Below are positions 12,228 through 26,100 of a stretch of 64,000 nucleotides of DNA, one piece after another; position 1 is the first letter of the stretch, and the number at the start of each line of letters is the position of its first letter. Below the pieces are notes generated by a model. It ran no database searches, was not told the origin of the DNA, and was given only the letters and a program-made list of their open reading frames with translations. The stretch covers positions 54,664,339 to 54,728,338 of the forward strand of contig NC_068981.1 of assembly GCF_001194135.2 (NCBI RefSeq), written 5' to 3'. The position numbers and the translations under genes are program-made. The stretch comes from Octopus bimaculoides (Eukaryota).

Positions 12228-14058
12228 CTGTAAAAGGAAAATATCAATTATTTTCAAAGTTAAAAGCTGTTTGGGATATTGATGGATGGAAGCCAACTGG
12301 TTGTAAGACATTACTGAATCATTAAGCTGTATAAAATTGGTTTAAAGGTGTCCCTGAAATATTGCATATCCATAAAGATTTCATAGTAAAAATTAGATTC
12401 CATAGCGTTTTATTGTACAATAGTAAATTAATATAAATTTATTTATATATTTTCTCAGTTAATATGAATGAACTTCAAGGTTAAGACATATTCTTCGAGA
12501 AATTATTCTTAAATGAATAATTGGGTGAACTAAATAAATAAATCCAAACTATTTTAGTTAGATCTGAAACTATGAGTATGGGCCAGAGTTGTAATTGTTT
12601 TGGAAAGAAGGGTGATTGAAAAATATATAGGAACAGCATTAAATGTAAAAGTTTAAGAATGACAACCAACATGCTCATGGCATATTTCAAAGGAACTTGT
12701 TGATGGAAATTAGAGGAGTTCATAAAAAAAGATGGTGGGCAAGGAGAAACCTCCAGAAGACTGCAGTTCTTGGGAGAAGTGGGGAAGGATTGATAAACTT
12801 TAGTATAGAGACTACATTAGTATTCCTTGATCTTTTAGAATTTATGGCTCACTGGAGAAGAAACAAAAATTTTCTAGAGCATTTCACATGGAAAATTTAC
12901 ATTAAAAAAAAAATTAGGAAAATATAGAAATCTATTGCTTGCTATGCATTATTAATTACACTTCTACATAACAAAATGTGTCTAGATTAAGAGATAGAAG
13001 AGAGGAGCCAGGTGAAAACATAATTTGATAACATCCTCCTTGTTTTCTTTTTCTACATCACAAGAGTCCATGGGGCTGATGATTATGCTTTCAGCAGTGT
13101 TTAGCTGATGAATGACAAATCACCCATGGATAAAATACTACTTTATCACAGATAGCTTTTGCACAGGAGACTTGAATTTAGCACTGCAATCCAACAAACT
13201 GCTGCACTATTTATCTATCATATTATTGAATGAAGGTAGTGACTTTGGATTAGCTTACTAGTAGACCAGTTTAGTAGTATAAGTTTGTAGAAGGAATGGA
13301 TAGCTGAGCTGATTGGGTATTAGATAACCAACCAAAATTATGTATGAAAGCATGGCTTGGATTTGATCTCACAGTGTGACACCTATCATAACTTGGATCA
13401 ACCAAAGCCTAGTAAGCGAAATTTGGTAGATGAAAACTGAGAAACTGTCACAGGGAATATTCCTGTTTTACAGTAGCAGACATAAAACATTGCTGTATTT
13501 ACACTTTAACACCATCACCTTAGTTGTGTTTGGCTGAGATCACACTGCTTGTATTCAAGCAAGGTCTGCCCATTTTTTCTTACCTATCTACATAGTGATA
13601 TGTCTCTTGTCTATGAACACACTGCTGTGCTGGTGATAGCATGCAAACTCTTTGCCCCTTTCCCTTTCCAGGGTCCCTGAGACTGGTGGGAGCAAGGGAG
13701 AAATTCACTACCTTCATTCAATTAGAAAGTAACGACTTTTACATATTTCCCAAGGAGATTGGGAAATTGTAAGTAAAATCAAACTGGGTCACAGGCTCAG
13801 TTTGCTGACAATTTGCATAGATGCTGTAATTGATACCTAGAAACCATTACACTAATAACAGTAATTACAACAATAACAACAACTCACATGGACTTAGGGA
13901 GGAAGAAAAATACATTGTTGGGAGAAGAAAGAGAAAAAGTACAAAAATAAAATCAATATGAAATGAAAACAAGGTCAAAGATAAGGGGGAAAGGAACCTT
14001 ATTAATACTTGATATCAGGCAAAAAATAAATAAAAAAAATAAATTCAAGTAGAATTAC

Positions 14059-14167
14059 AAGTTTTTCAGCAGTACAGTAGGATTTTAATTCTTCTCTTCT
14101 TTTTTTCACATAACCAAAATCTCCATTTTCCCAGAATGATTCTATCTGAGACTTCTTGTCATAAAAC
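14059..14167 (-). CDS. EOGT: EOGT coding exon 3
   Basis: (W)FYDKKSQIESFWENGDFGYVKKRREELKSYCTAEKL, matching FW.QADFGY. CTAG| acceptor, |GTAATT donor, 109 bp. Confidence 0.93.
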
Positions 14168-14395
14168 CTAGTAAAAGAATTGAAATAGAACCAAAAGCAG
14201 GTCTTTCCTGAATTACATAGCAGTGAATCTCAAATTTATGTAGTATAAAGTAGCAATTGTTTAGCTTTTAGACTATGAAGAAATAAATACTTTAGTTTTA
14301 ACAGAAGATGCCTGTTTTTTTTTTTTCCTTTTGTATTGAACAATGAAACCCAGGAAGAGTTATAAACTACACATAAACACACATGCATACATACA

Positions 14396-15430
14396 TCTAA
14401 TATAATGCAAAAACTAATTTCTGTGTGTCAGTGTGTCACACTTAGGCTCCCTCTCTCATTATTCAATGAGAGAGGTATGTGAGAGAAAGAGGAAGATGAT
14501 GAACAACTTTGTTTTTTGATAAATTCCTGTTGCCAACATACTGAACACTGGTTTTTGTTTTATTTTTTGCTTTCGTTAATAGATACACATATAAAATACA
14601 CTTAAATTGAAATAAAGTTTCCCCAAAATTAAACATCTAATATAATGCAAAAACTAATTTCTGTGTATCAGTGTGTCACACTTAGACCCCCCCCCCTCTC
14701 TCACTATTCAATGACACTCCTACCATTCCTCATGATGGGGTGAGAGTAATAGCAGGCATAGAGATGGTGAGGGGGTGGCAAAGACAGATAGAGAGAAAGA
14801 AAAAGAGGGAGAGAAAGAGAGACAAAGAAATTTAGGGAGAGTTGATAATGTTTTATTAAAAGTAGTAGTATTGATGGTGGCAGTGAGAGTAATAATAAAA
14901 GAGAGAGAGAAAGTGTGGGCATGTGAGATAAAGAGGGAGATGTTGTACAACTCTGTTTAACCATGTCTCTTTGACAGAAATTCCTGTCACCAACATACTG
15001 AACACTAACATTTTTGCTTCCTTTAATAGACACACACACACACACACACACACATAAAATACACTTTAATTGAAATAAAGTTTCCCCAAAATTAAACATA
15101 TCTAATATAATAAATGTGAATGTCAGTGTGTCACACGTTTTCAACTTTAATAAATCCTTTATATTGGAAGCACAAGACCTCAAATTTTGGGGGAAGGGAT
15201 TAAGTCGATTACATCGACCTCATTATGTTACTGGTACTAATTTTATCTACCCTGAAAGGATGAAAGGCAAAGTCGACCTCAGCGGAATTTGAACTCAAAA
15301 CCTAATGGCAGATGAAATACCGATAAGCATTTTGCCTGGCATGCTAATGATTCTGCCAGCTCGACGCCTTAAATACAATATAATTAATATAATAAATGTG
15401 AATGTCAGTGTGTCACACTTTTTCAGCTTT
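14396..15430 (+). repeat. Head-to-tail tandem units beginning A|TCTAATATAAT
   Basis: Unit starts at 14396, 14636, 15101 and ~15385. The junction CCCCAAAATTAAACA(TA)|TCTAATATAA occurs twice. Confidence 0.8.
15171..15370 (-). mobile_element. SINE family A
   Basis: Reverse-complement match to the 22973 copy. Confidence 0.85.
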
Positions 15431-16829
15431 ATTCCTAGAGGCTGTAGCCCAACATATACCATTTTGGAATTAAGCTGACTCTGTGAGTAAATTAGAAACA
15501 TTCTGGGCTGAATCCGGACCTACAATCCTGAAATTTCGGATTCCCAAGTTTTCCTTACTGTGATTATTTTCGGTGATTTTTTACGTGACTTTTTGCGACA
15601 AACTTTTTTGTACGATAACAATTTTTATAATCTAAAGGTTAACTCCATGAATAAATTAAAAACATTCTGGGCTGAATCCGGACCTGCAATCCTGCAATTT
15701 TGGATTCCTATGTTTGTATTACTGTGATTGTTTGTGGCGATTTTTTTACATGATTTTTTTTGTGACGAATATGATCATCATTGGGATATGACTCTGGAGG
15801 AAGCAATTGCAACAAATTTTCCAAAACAAGTCAGAGATCTATTTCCAGATCCTCCCATTCGGAGTCAGTTGCTTAAAAGCTAGTATATACATGTATGACA
15901 ACCTGCTATAAAGTTTCTGTCTGCTAAATTCTACTGACAAGATGAAGGTCAATTTGAGGTCATGGTGGTAGACACTTGCCCAAAGTGGTTTGCAGTGAGA
16001 TCAAACCAGTATATAAACACATACAGAGATATACATACACTATCGGCTTTCACACAGTTTATGTTTGATAAATTCTTCTCACAAGAAATGAATAGAGTTT
16101 ATAAGCCCAGTATCCTGTACTGTGACTACAGTAGAAGACACTTGAATTAGATGCTGCACAATAGTGAGATGGAACTCAGAATCATGTGCTTGTGAAACAA
16201 AAATCTTAAAATGAAATTGATTTACTAATGAAACAAAATTTACACTTAGTAAGAATAATTTAACTAATTTTATAATATACAAAAAGCAAAAGATAAAACA
16301 ATGAAGTAATTAGTTTAATAAAATACAGTGATTTTACGAAAGCAAATGTTTATATTAATTTTAAGAAAAACTTATAGTTTGGTACTGTATAAACAAGAAT
16401 TATGTAACAAATTCAGTATGATATTGAAAGATAATTAATTTAGATAAGTATATACTTAATAACAGGCTATTACAAGTAAACTTAGATGTCTATTCATTTT
16501 CCCCAGGTTACTGTAGAACAAAAGTGTATTCAACTGTTAAGGTATAAAATTTAATTTGTAATTATCTAATGAAAAATATTTTCGAAATGTGTTACTTATG
16601 TTCTTGAATTTTTAGCTTAATTTGAACAGCTTTACAAATATCAGTTTAACAGCTTTATGACCAGATCTTCTCAACCCTAATCCTTAATCCATGAGGTGCA
16701 AGTGGTGAGAAGAAAATGTACTGATGAGTCAGGTTGATCTACAAGTTTTTAAAAATTCAGACAAAATATTCCTTTCATCCAAAAAAACGTATTTACAGAA
16801 GTTTTGATAACAAAAAAATGCATGCTTAC

Positions 16830-16924
16830 CATCCATTACTGGAATCAGGACAATGGGGTGTAGACATTTGCAAACTGGAATGACAAGATTTTTCATAACC
16901 CCAACATTGCTTTGAGTCCAAATG
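16830..16924 (-). CDS. EOGT: EOGT coding exon 2
   Basis: HLDSKQCWGYEKSC...SSNG(W), containing the CWGYEKSC motif. AAG| acceptor, TG|GTAAGC donor, 95 bp, phase 0 to 2. Confidence 0.95.
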
Positions 16925-18440
16925 CTTGTTGCAAATATTAAAACAAAACAATGTTATTAAAATTTAAACAAAAAATTTAAGAGCCATATTATACAAACTT
17001 AAAAACAAACACTATATATAAAAATAACAAGAAATGTGAAGTTTCCTAATAAATACATATACTTGAAAACAAATGTCACTGCAGGTGGAAGGAAGCAGTC
17101 TGATGCAGAGTTGGCTAATATAAGCAGTGTAGAGAGGGCAAAGATGATACATAAATAGAGGTTTACTGCACATGTCTGGTAATCAACTATTGAAATAGAA
17201 AAATATAGTCTCACAAACAGCTGTTATGCCAAAACTAAATAAACCAGCTCAAAAGTGTAACAGTCTTACACTGGTATATGTGCTGCAGTTTTAGCAGAAA
17301 GCTTCATTTAAATTTTATCTTTTATTTCAATGAAAGTGCTGGTTCACATGTTGTGTACCTTGAGATTTGTACAGATGAAAAAAGGGTCTCATAAAATTTT
17401 GCTGCACCTTTTCCTTTTCTCAAATAGTAATTTTCAATGAAATTAGGGACATACAATTAGTGAGATTCATTTAACCTTTTAACATTTAAACTGGCTATAT
17501 CCAGCCAAAATATGCTACCTGTTTTATATTAAAACTGTCAGATCTGGCCTCTTACATTTACCTTACAATGTTATTCTAAAAAATAAACAATCACATCCTC
17601 AAAATCCCAAAGCTACAAGATGATTGCCGAATGTTGATTAATCTATTCTAATGAAGATAGGAATATTTGAATGAGATTGTTCATTGTTTTCATTTACTCC
17701 TTGTAAATGAAAACTGTATGGAGAAAAGTTGCCATGTGGCACCTTCGACAAGTATCTTCTACTATAGCCCCATGATGATCGAAGTCTTGTGAATGGATTT
17801 GATAGATGGAAACTGAAAGCAGCCTGTCATGTACATGTATGTATATCTGTGTGTTTTGTGTTTCCCTGACTTGACATCAGCTGTAAGCAAGTGTCAACAT
17901 CATACAAGCCATGTCTTTCATTTTCAATCTTCTGAGATATGTCTAACCATGGGGAAATATTATCTGCCATGGAAACAGGTGAAGACTGGTAGCAGGAAGA
18001 GCATCTTTGCTAGACCATTATTTGGTAGACCAAATATTGCAGGTTAGCTAACATTCTCTAGCATAGCAAGTAAAGCAAAAAATTACAAACATTCCTGGTT
18101 GACAAGACTTCATCAGAAGTATAACCTTTGATGTTGCTTACTGGCTATTGTAATAAATGGTCCTTTATAGAGAACTGAATGTTATGTTTTATTCTAGAGC
18201 TTTCTAAGGTCTTGTCTTGTACTCTCCTACGATGGAAGTTGTCCTAAATTGTGTCTAAACAAATTTGAAATGGTTGCTTATCTGCTTCATAGTATTCTAA
18301 ATAACATATTTGTTTATCCAACATGATTTAATATCTTCTAAACCTACAGAAAGTTATCTACACACAATTTCAGTACAATTCCCAGCTTAGAAAATTAAAA
18401 ATTATGCCTTCTTTAGCTTTCAGTTAGGATATACAATACT

Positions 18441-18653
18441 TATGAGTGGGTACTGAAAAGTTCTTGGTTTTGGGTAAAAGAAAATACAAGAGTATCAATT
18501 AATTATGATTTTATTCAACATATTCCCCTCTCAGAGTCACACGCTTATTGTAGTGGTCCTTGTAAGCCCCATAAAAGAACTTGGAAGTTTGGGCCTCCAA
18601 CCAGGCCTTTTGTGATATGCTTAATGCCAGGAACTTTTCAGCACTCCCTTGTA
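18441..18653. mobile_element. Mariner-like MITE, copy 1
   Basis: TIR TA(T/C)GAGGGGGTGCTGAAAAGTTCCTGG-like at both ends. Homologous to 47637-47840. Confidence 0.82.
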
Positions 18654-19381
18654 TATAAAAAACAATGTAAAAATTTCCATTATATTAACATACCCAGAAT
18701 ATACTAGCATTGGTTTCAGTTAAAGCAGCTAATCTTGATTTTGAAAATAGTGTTTTCTTCCTAACTTTCAGCAGGTCTAGATAAAGGCATTCACTTGTCA
18801 TATGTTGCTGCCATTTTACATTTTGGGCCAATTTCTTTCAAATGGGATGTGAACATTTGTGTTATAGTATGTGCAATGTATTTTATTGTTGGTTAGCCTT
18901 TTGAATAGGTGTTTTTATGGTATCCAAACAAGTGAGTAAATGGCAATAGTTAAGTGATATGATATTAGCTGCTATTTGTAATGCTTAACAATAATATAGA
19001 ATATACATGGTGCATTAATCCATTCAAGAATATCATTACTTCGTTTTTAGAATCTGCCTAATTAACCATCTCAAATTACAGTCATTAATTTAGATACTTA
19101 ATTTTTCATTAATGACTATTTCATTAACAAGATAGTTTTAAGCACTTTTAAACTGTAATCATGAAGAAATCTTTTACCAAAATGGTAATTTCATTTAGTG
19201 ATTCTGTGAAGCAAAATTTACGAACAAGGTTATAATACATAAAAATCAAACAAATTTACAGTTTCTCCATGACCTCTTACTTTACACTGCTCACTATTTT
19301 GAAAGGTTTAACCTATTATCATACAAATTATACCCACACAATTCTAAATGCAAAAGTCACAGCAAATATTTTTCTAGCTAG

Positions 19382-19438
<57 letters not shown>

Positions 19439-20319
19439 TTTTGGAGTGGTACTTGTTTGGCAAGTGACTAATTCTTATCATTTATTGTTTTTAGAATTTT
19501 GTTTTCCAGTATAAGTCAAAAACATACTTATCTATTCTAAAATTGTTTAAAATTAAAAAAAAAAAATTACCAAGAGGGTTACTTTGTGACTATGCCTGCA
19601 TAATGACAAGAGGACAAAAATCTGTTCATTGAACAAAAAATACCTTGTAGTATTTCATTCCTTACAAGTTTATCCCTTTACACCCAGGTTGGCCTTGCTA
19701 TATATCCCTTTTGGGGTTGATAGAATAAGTATCAGAAAAAGTATGGAGGTAGATATAATCAACTAAATACCTCAAAGCAGTTACCACAGCATTGCTGCAG
19801 TTCAGTGAAAAGAAATATCCACAATATAAAACTAATTTAAAAGCATTTGACAATGATGTTTCCTTTTCTGAACTAAAATAAATAGAAAAGATATTGATGC
19901 CATCTGTTCTTAAGAACAAAACAAAAAGAATATAAAAGAGAAAATGAAAATGTCATTTGTCCTATAATATTTCTAGAGGAAGAAATTGGATTAATTTCAA
20001 AATATGAAATTAATGTTACATTTTAATGTCATTGAAAGAAGCAAAGCTTATGCCATGATAAAACACACGCGTTTTTTGAAAGTCAGTTGTAGGAATTAAT
20101 ATCTTTAAAAGCAATTCTCCTTGTAAGGTACAATTTCCTTAGATTTATAGGGCACAAAGATTGTTTATGATACTTATGTTTTACCAAAAGTATTGGCCAT
20201 GTAAAATACAGTGACAACAACCAAATGATTGAAACAGGTTTGCAAAGAGAGTTTACAAGAAATTATAGCAATAAATGTACAAAAATCATAAAATGAGTTC
20301 TCATTTTCAATATACATAC

Positions 20320-20478
20320 CTTTTTGTACGGACACTTGTTATCAGTTTTACATTTCTCTTTTAAATGTAGATTGTTATAAAAGAAATAAGGGACATGCTC
20401 TTCATGTAATACAAGATCTTGCCACAAGTCTTCAGCAACAACTGTTGTTACCAAAAGAATGAACAGTCCATACATCAT
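20320..20478 (-). CDS. EOGT: EOGT coding exon 1 (signal peptide plus N-terminus)
   Basis: Translates to MMYGLFILLVTTVVAEDLWQDLVLHEEHVPYFFYNNLHLKEKCKTDNKCPYKK, resembling human EOGT LPEEHIPFFLHNN...CPYKK (recalled). Donor AAG|GTATG at 20320. An upstream acceptor TTCTTTCAG| at 20500 implies a further 5'UTR exon. Confidence 0.93.
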
Positions 20479-20945
20479 CTTTCTTACAACAGCTGTAAGT
20501 CTGAAAGAAAAAGAACAATTTTTATTCAAAATATTAACTCCTGGTTGTATGATTTCAACTTGAAAAGAAACCTGAAAGTAACAATCCATGTGATCACAAT
20601 AAATTCCATCAACTGAAATAGTAAATATCTGAAAGAATACATTTCTGAAAAAAATCATCACCATCTCTATCATCTTAATTACCATTAATTTAACATCCGT
20701 TTTACCATAACAGTTTGAGTTAGGCAGAACCAATCCCAGTTCATCTTTTGTTTTGATTCTGTATCATCTCTTTCTGATCCTTAGATCTAACCATACCACA
20801 ATTTATTATGCATGTTTTTAGTGTTTTTTTTTTTTTTACTTTTCTGTCATAGGTACCCTCACTATCTGCATTGTTGGCACATTATTCACATGGAATTCAT
20901 TATTTACATCACATGACCACATTTGATTATGTGTCTCTTCTTCAC

Positions 20946-21009
20946 ACTTCACTTCACTTCACTTCACTTCACTTCACTTCACTTCACTTCACTTCACTTC
21001 ACTTCACTT
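20946..21009. repeat. (ACTTC)n pentanucleotide microsatellite
   Basis: About 13 perfect units. Confidence 0.98.
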
Positions 21010-22972
21010 TGTTTTTAATGTCCAGCTAGTGTCTCAACACACTTGCATTCTGCAGTTCATGGAAGTTAATTTTGTACACCCAATCTATCACATTCTCTCC
21101 ATTTGTTTCATCTCTCAATGTCTGTTTCTTCACCAAGTAGTATCATGCATCTTATACATGCTTCTGCAGTCTGCTCTTCATGCTTAGAAAGAAAATATTT
21201 TGTTGTAGATAAATCTAAAAGATCATCTGATGAACTTGTTTTTATGTGGTGAGGAAACAACAGCTTAGCTTCCTATTTGAGTTACCTTCTGCATTTAGAA
21301 ATGGGTTCATGAGAAAACAATACAACTTTAATTAACCAATGCTATATACAATCAGGTCAACACTGCTATTTAATGGTCAATTTATGACAAAAGTTTTATG
21401 TCCTATTTTCATACTTATTACTGTTGTACATATTTAAACTGTTTTGCTTGACAATGTCTTTCCTCAGGCTAAACATGTGATATAAGGAAGAAAGAAAAAA
21501 CTAGAGTATATTATCAGCCTTAAAGGCACAATGTGGTTTAAGTATTGAAGTTCATTAGCTCTAGCCAATGTCATTCTAACTAGTGAGTTGTGTGTAGACA
21601 ATATAGAAATATATTAAAATGGAGCCCTTCAAATTAGAATTCCTAGATGGATTTAACAATAAGTTTTCTAGTTTTCATATAGATTAGAATTCTAGTATAA
21701 GTTTTCACTGTTTATCATCAGCAATAATTCAAATAAGAAAAGAATAAGCATGTTGACCTGATTACAGACAGCATTGGTTAAGATCCAGAAGGCCATTTAT
21801 GTTATTGTTATATGCATTGGTAAAACATTCGTAAGAAAACAACTGAACCTGGTTATCTGGTTGACTTGTTGAGTGTTATGCAAATAAATTGTAAATATGC
21901 AAATGCCAAAGATATTATCTTAAGCATTCCCACCATTAGAACATGTTCTACAAACAATTGTTAGTGTCTCCATAGAAAAATTCCTAAAAACCATGACTGA
22001 ATAATAAAAAAAATTACAATTTACCACATAAAAAATAACCCTGTATATATGCTTTGAAGAAAAAAAAAATCATGACTCAGGCAATATTACTAACAAGTCT
22101 GCCATACATTTTCATTTGTAACACCTGAAATTTTAAAGGGCTATTATCCAAGATTTTAACTAGGATATGCTGAAAGACAGAAATGTTAGAGCTGAAACTA
22201 TTTTGATCCAAATTAAACATTTACTTTGTTGTGAACATAATTTTTAAAAAAATGGATTAGTTCATAAACCATTTGTACAGCCTCTGGCAAAAATCTTTGA
22301 TTACACCACCCTTAGAAGATGCTCACCTAGCTTTTCCTTTCATAGCAAATAAACAAAAGTGACAGCCCTTTTGTTATTACATTCTTCTTGAAGTACACTG
22401 CTTCTATTTCAGTTACTTTTCAAAATAATGAAAAGTTTAGTAAAACAAAATTTTTCTAATTAATCTGGTATTGGAAACCAAAATTAACATGAAATTTTGA
22501 TGAAAGATTTTAATTTAAATCACATAAAAGCAGGAAGTTGACCATGGCTGGTCTCAAGCAGGTTGGCATCAAGATTGATAGCTGAATATTCTGACTTCAT
22601 GAAATAGCTCTCAAGCAAATTAAAGTAAATTATTGTAATAAATGGTATATTTTCTTCAGAAAAAAAAATCAAAGAAAAATTTATATAAACAAAAACTACA
22701 CAGGCAGTACTTTTTGTTTCTCCTCAAACTTATAAAAGTCTGAATTCTTTTCTTTGAGTTATGGTCTCTACTTGTGTAAAGTGATTCTCCCCATCAAGCT
22801 GGCTCAAAGTTGCTCAAATAATGGTCTGTTGATCAATTTGCAGGATGGATTCATGTCAAGGACTGTTTTAAAAAATGTCTACCATAAATTTAACCAGATT
22901 TGTTAAAGTCATTGTGTACCGATGACTTTCAAGAAGAAAAACTTGAAAGCTTTTTCTATAGCAAGATGATAT

Positions 22973-23192
22973 GGCAGAACCGTTAGCACGCCGGGCGAAA
23001 TGCTTAGCGGTATTTCGTCTGCTGTTACGTTCTGAGTTCAAATTCCGCCGAGGTCGACTTTGCCTTTCATCCTTTCGGGGTCGATAAATTAAGTACCAGT
23101 TACGCATTGGGGTCGATATAATCGACTTAAGCCGTTTGTCTGTCCTTTTTTGTCCCCTCTGTGTGTAGCCCCTTGTGGGCAGTAAAGAAATA
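22973..23192 (+). mobile_element. tRNA-headed SINE family A, young copy
   Basis: A/B-box-like GGCAGAACCGTTAGC...GAGTTCAAATTCC, then CCTTTCGGGGTCGATAAATTAAGTACCAG. CpGs retained. About 15 copies in the window. Confidence 0.88.
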
Positions 23193-26100
23193 AGATGATA
23201 TATCATTGTGGAAAACAACTCTTATCACCATTTACTATGGAAGCAAAGAGAAAAGTGTCAAATTTCATTGTACACCAATGCATTGATTATTGGGGGTAAC
23301 GAATACCATCTGCATGGGTACTTTACCTGAAATGCAACTGCATATCATAAATGAATAAAGAAATCTGTATTCTTTAAGCAGTCATCTCTATATGTTCATT
23401 AGAACAGTACCAAACAAAAGTTCCAACATTGTTCTTTGGACACTGTAGATTTATAATTCGTCATGCTAATATCCCTTTCATCCAATCATCCATATTCCAT
23501 GATTGCTTTCCTTTAGCCAACTGCAACCATTTTTTTTTTATACCCGTTTAAGTGTTAGGGCAGGTTTTTGTTTGGTTTTTCTGTATGTAAATATTTCATA
23601 TTTTCATTTTGTTGGTTTCTTACATTTCTGTAACAAACATCAAATCCTGATATTTTTTGTTTTTGTGCATTTTCTATTTTCAGGGCATTCTGCTTTGAGT
23701 TTTCTGCCCTGTTGCTTTCCCACTTTCCATAGTCAACCAAAATATTTTCCTTTTATAACTTTCACATTTTGCTAATAGGTGTCCCAAAATTTTAGACACA
23801 GCTGACTAGAAACAACCAATATTTGCCACTCTCTGGGTTGTATTTCCTTCTTGAAGGATTTTTCCATTCCTTTGTATCTAGGCTGCAAAGTTAGTACACA
23901 AGATCTTTGACTAACTCCTCAGTTATGATATCACCACTCCTTTATTTGTGATTAGATGGATGTATTTCTTATATTGACACTTGGCCAATGTGACTCCTCA
24001 AGTAACTGTTTAGTATCTTAACCTATCTAAAGTTTGGCTTTAAAGGTTACAACTGTGCAGTTGTGGGTTTTCTAAATCATCTATTTAAAGAAGTTGCAAA
24101 CAATTAAGCATAAAACTTTTTTTTTAAATCAAAGGAACAGGATGTTTTTATCAAAAGGATATAAAGTAAGAAGATATGAAAGAAATAAATTATAAAAATA
24201 CTATAAAAAAAATTGGAAACACCTAAAGCAATTCAACAAGTTGATATTTAAAAGAAATAAACTCAACTAGATACATAATGCTTCCTTTCAAAGATTGAAG
24301 TATTGATTTGAATGGAAAATTTACATGAATATAACATGAAAGATTACATTAAATGAAACAAAATTATATTGTAAAAGATTAAGAAGTTTATCCTTTCAAA
24401 ATGTTTTAAACAAACATTGCAGCTATAGAATAAGGGTTAAATCATAAATGAAAATCCCCAATTTACTAATGTCTTGTAAACGAAATTACTTCTCCCAGAT
24501 CCTCCTTCATAAAACCCTATATATCTGATTTAACTGCTTTCAGTGCAGAAAACAGTCATTACCTGTGAAACAGAGAATTTTAACACATTATTGTAATTTG
24601 CAGTTAAACAAATTTGGAAGAAGTATATTTTACTGACCGACTCCAGCACACAATAAATGCTTCTGATTTTGACTCTACAGCCCTGTGTAGTATTGTTTCA
24701 GTTTTTTTGGTTGACAACTCTCTTGTTGGGGGCTAGATTTCCTTTCAATTACCTAAACCCCCAAACCCTTAACTGCAAGTACTTATTTTTCACTGCTGAC
24801 TAATTTGCAGTTTTAAACTTGCACCAGTATTTGTTGCAGACATGCAAATTACAAGGGAAAAAGCTGGGTGGATAGTCTCAAAATGTATTGATTGCATAGT
24901 TTTTACCATGACTTGTGTACTGATGATAAAATGGTCAGTTTGTCATTTACTAACTGAAGTTAATTGAAAGACTTTAAAAATTTGAAGGGTGTTTTATAGC
25001 CTTTGACTTAATAATCAATTGTGAATAAAAGGATTAATTTTTTTATGCTAATTACTCCATGAATGATAGTTTCATGAAATTGATGCTAGCTTCAGTTGTA
25101 GTAGTGTTAAATAAATGTAAGACAAATCTCCAGTTGGATAAGTTGTTAGTCTATCAAAATTACTTCTCTCAGAAATGCTTAGTACCTATTCTCCAGCCTC
25201 ATAAAGTGAGGTATAGTAAGTCAGCAAAGGATCTCTGTCATTGCACAACCTGCTAGAAATAGCAACTAAATCTCCCTCAAACTAGATGCATCATATAATA
25301 GGGAAAGGTACATACGATAATGTGGTCTTAATTACTCCTAAACAGATGGAATGGTTTTAGTCACTGGTCTACTCAAGTGGGATTGACATTAGAGCTAAAA
25401 AACACAAAAACTGAAGCCTAAATAGTTACATATTCACAGGACCACTTTATCTACATTGAGTGGGTGTTTAACAGAACAAAAATAAAACAAACAAAAAAGA
25501 TAAATATAAATGTTAGTTGAGTCACCCCTAACTCCAGTAGTGAATGTCAGTTGTAGAAGCTAAATGTCTGTTAAACAAAATAAATCATGATAAAATTTCT
25601 GACATCTATTTACAGTAGAGAAATATCATAAACATAGTCCTTTTGAAATTATTACTGAAAATAAACACAGATCTACACTTTTACACAGTAAATTAATTCC
25701 TGTTTACATTATACTTTCTAATTGATCAATGCTCTATAAACAATGGAATATCACAAGACTCTGTAATGAATTATATTTGCTATCACTATTTATAAATAAA
25801 ACAAGAATTCAAAGGAGGACATCTTCCAAAATGAGTAAAACCATTTGGAATCATAATGATATTTATGATTTAATCATAGACACAACTAGGATTTTACAGG
25901 AGACACTTACAATATTTTGATTTACTCAATTTCTTATGGTCCATGGTTTCAATAACAGTAAATTAAAGTAAAAAAAAAAGCTTCTAACTGCTTTCTTTTT
26001 GTTGATAGTTTTGTTGTCTAGGAAGAGTCATTATGCTAATATTAACACACACACACTGGTTCAATTTCACTCCTTTATTATTCGTCAATTGGTTAAATAT

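Noticed and set aside
20263-20733. 156-aa ORF as a single-exon gene
   Set aside because: Only 20478-20320 is EOGT coding. The flanks are intron or UTR, bounded by clear splice sites.
22973-23060. tRNA gene
   Set aside because: This is a tRNA-like SINE head continuing into SINE body sequence with many dispersed copies. No genuine tRNA, rRNA or snRNA gene was seen in the window.
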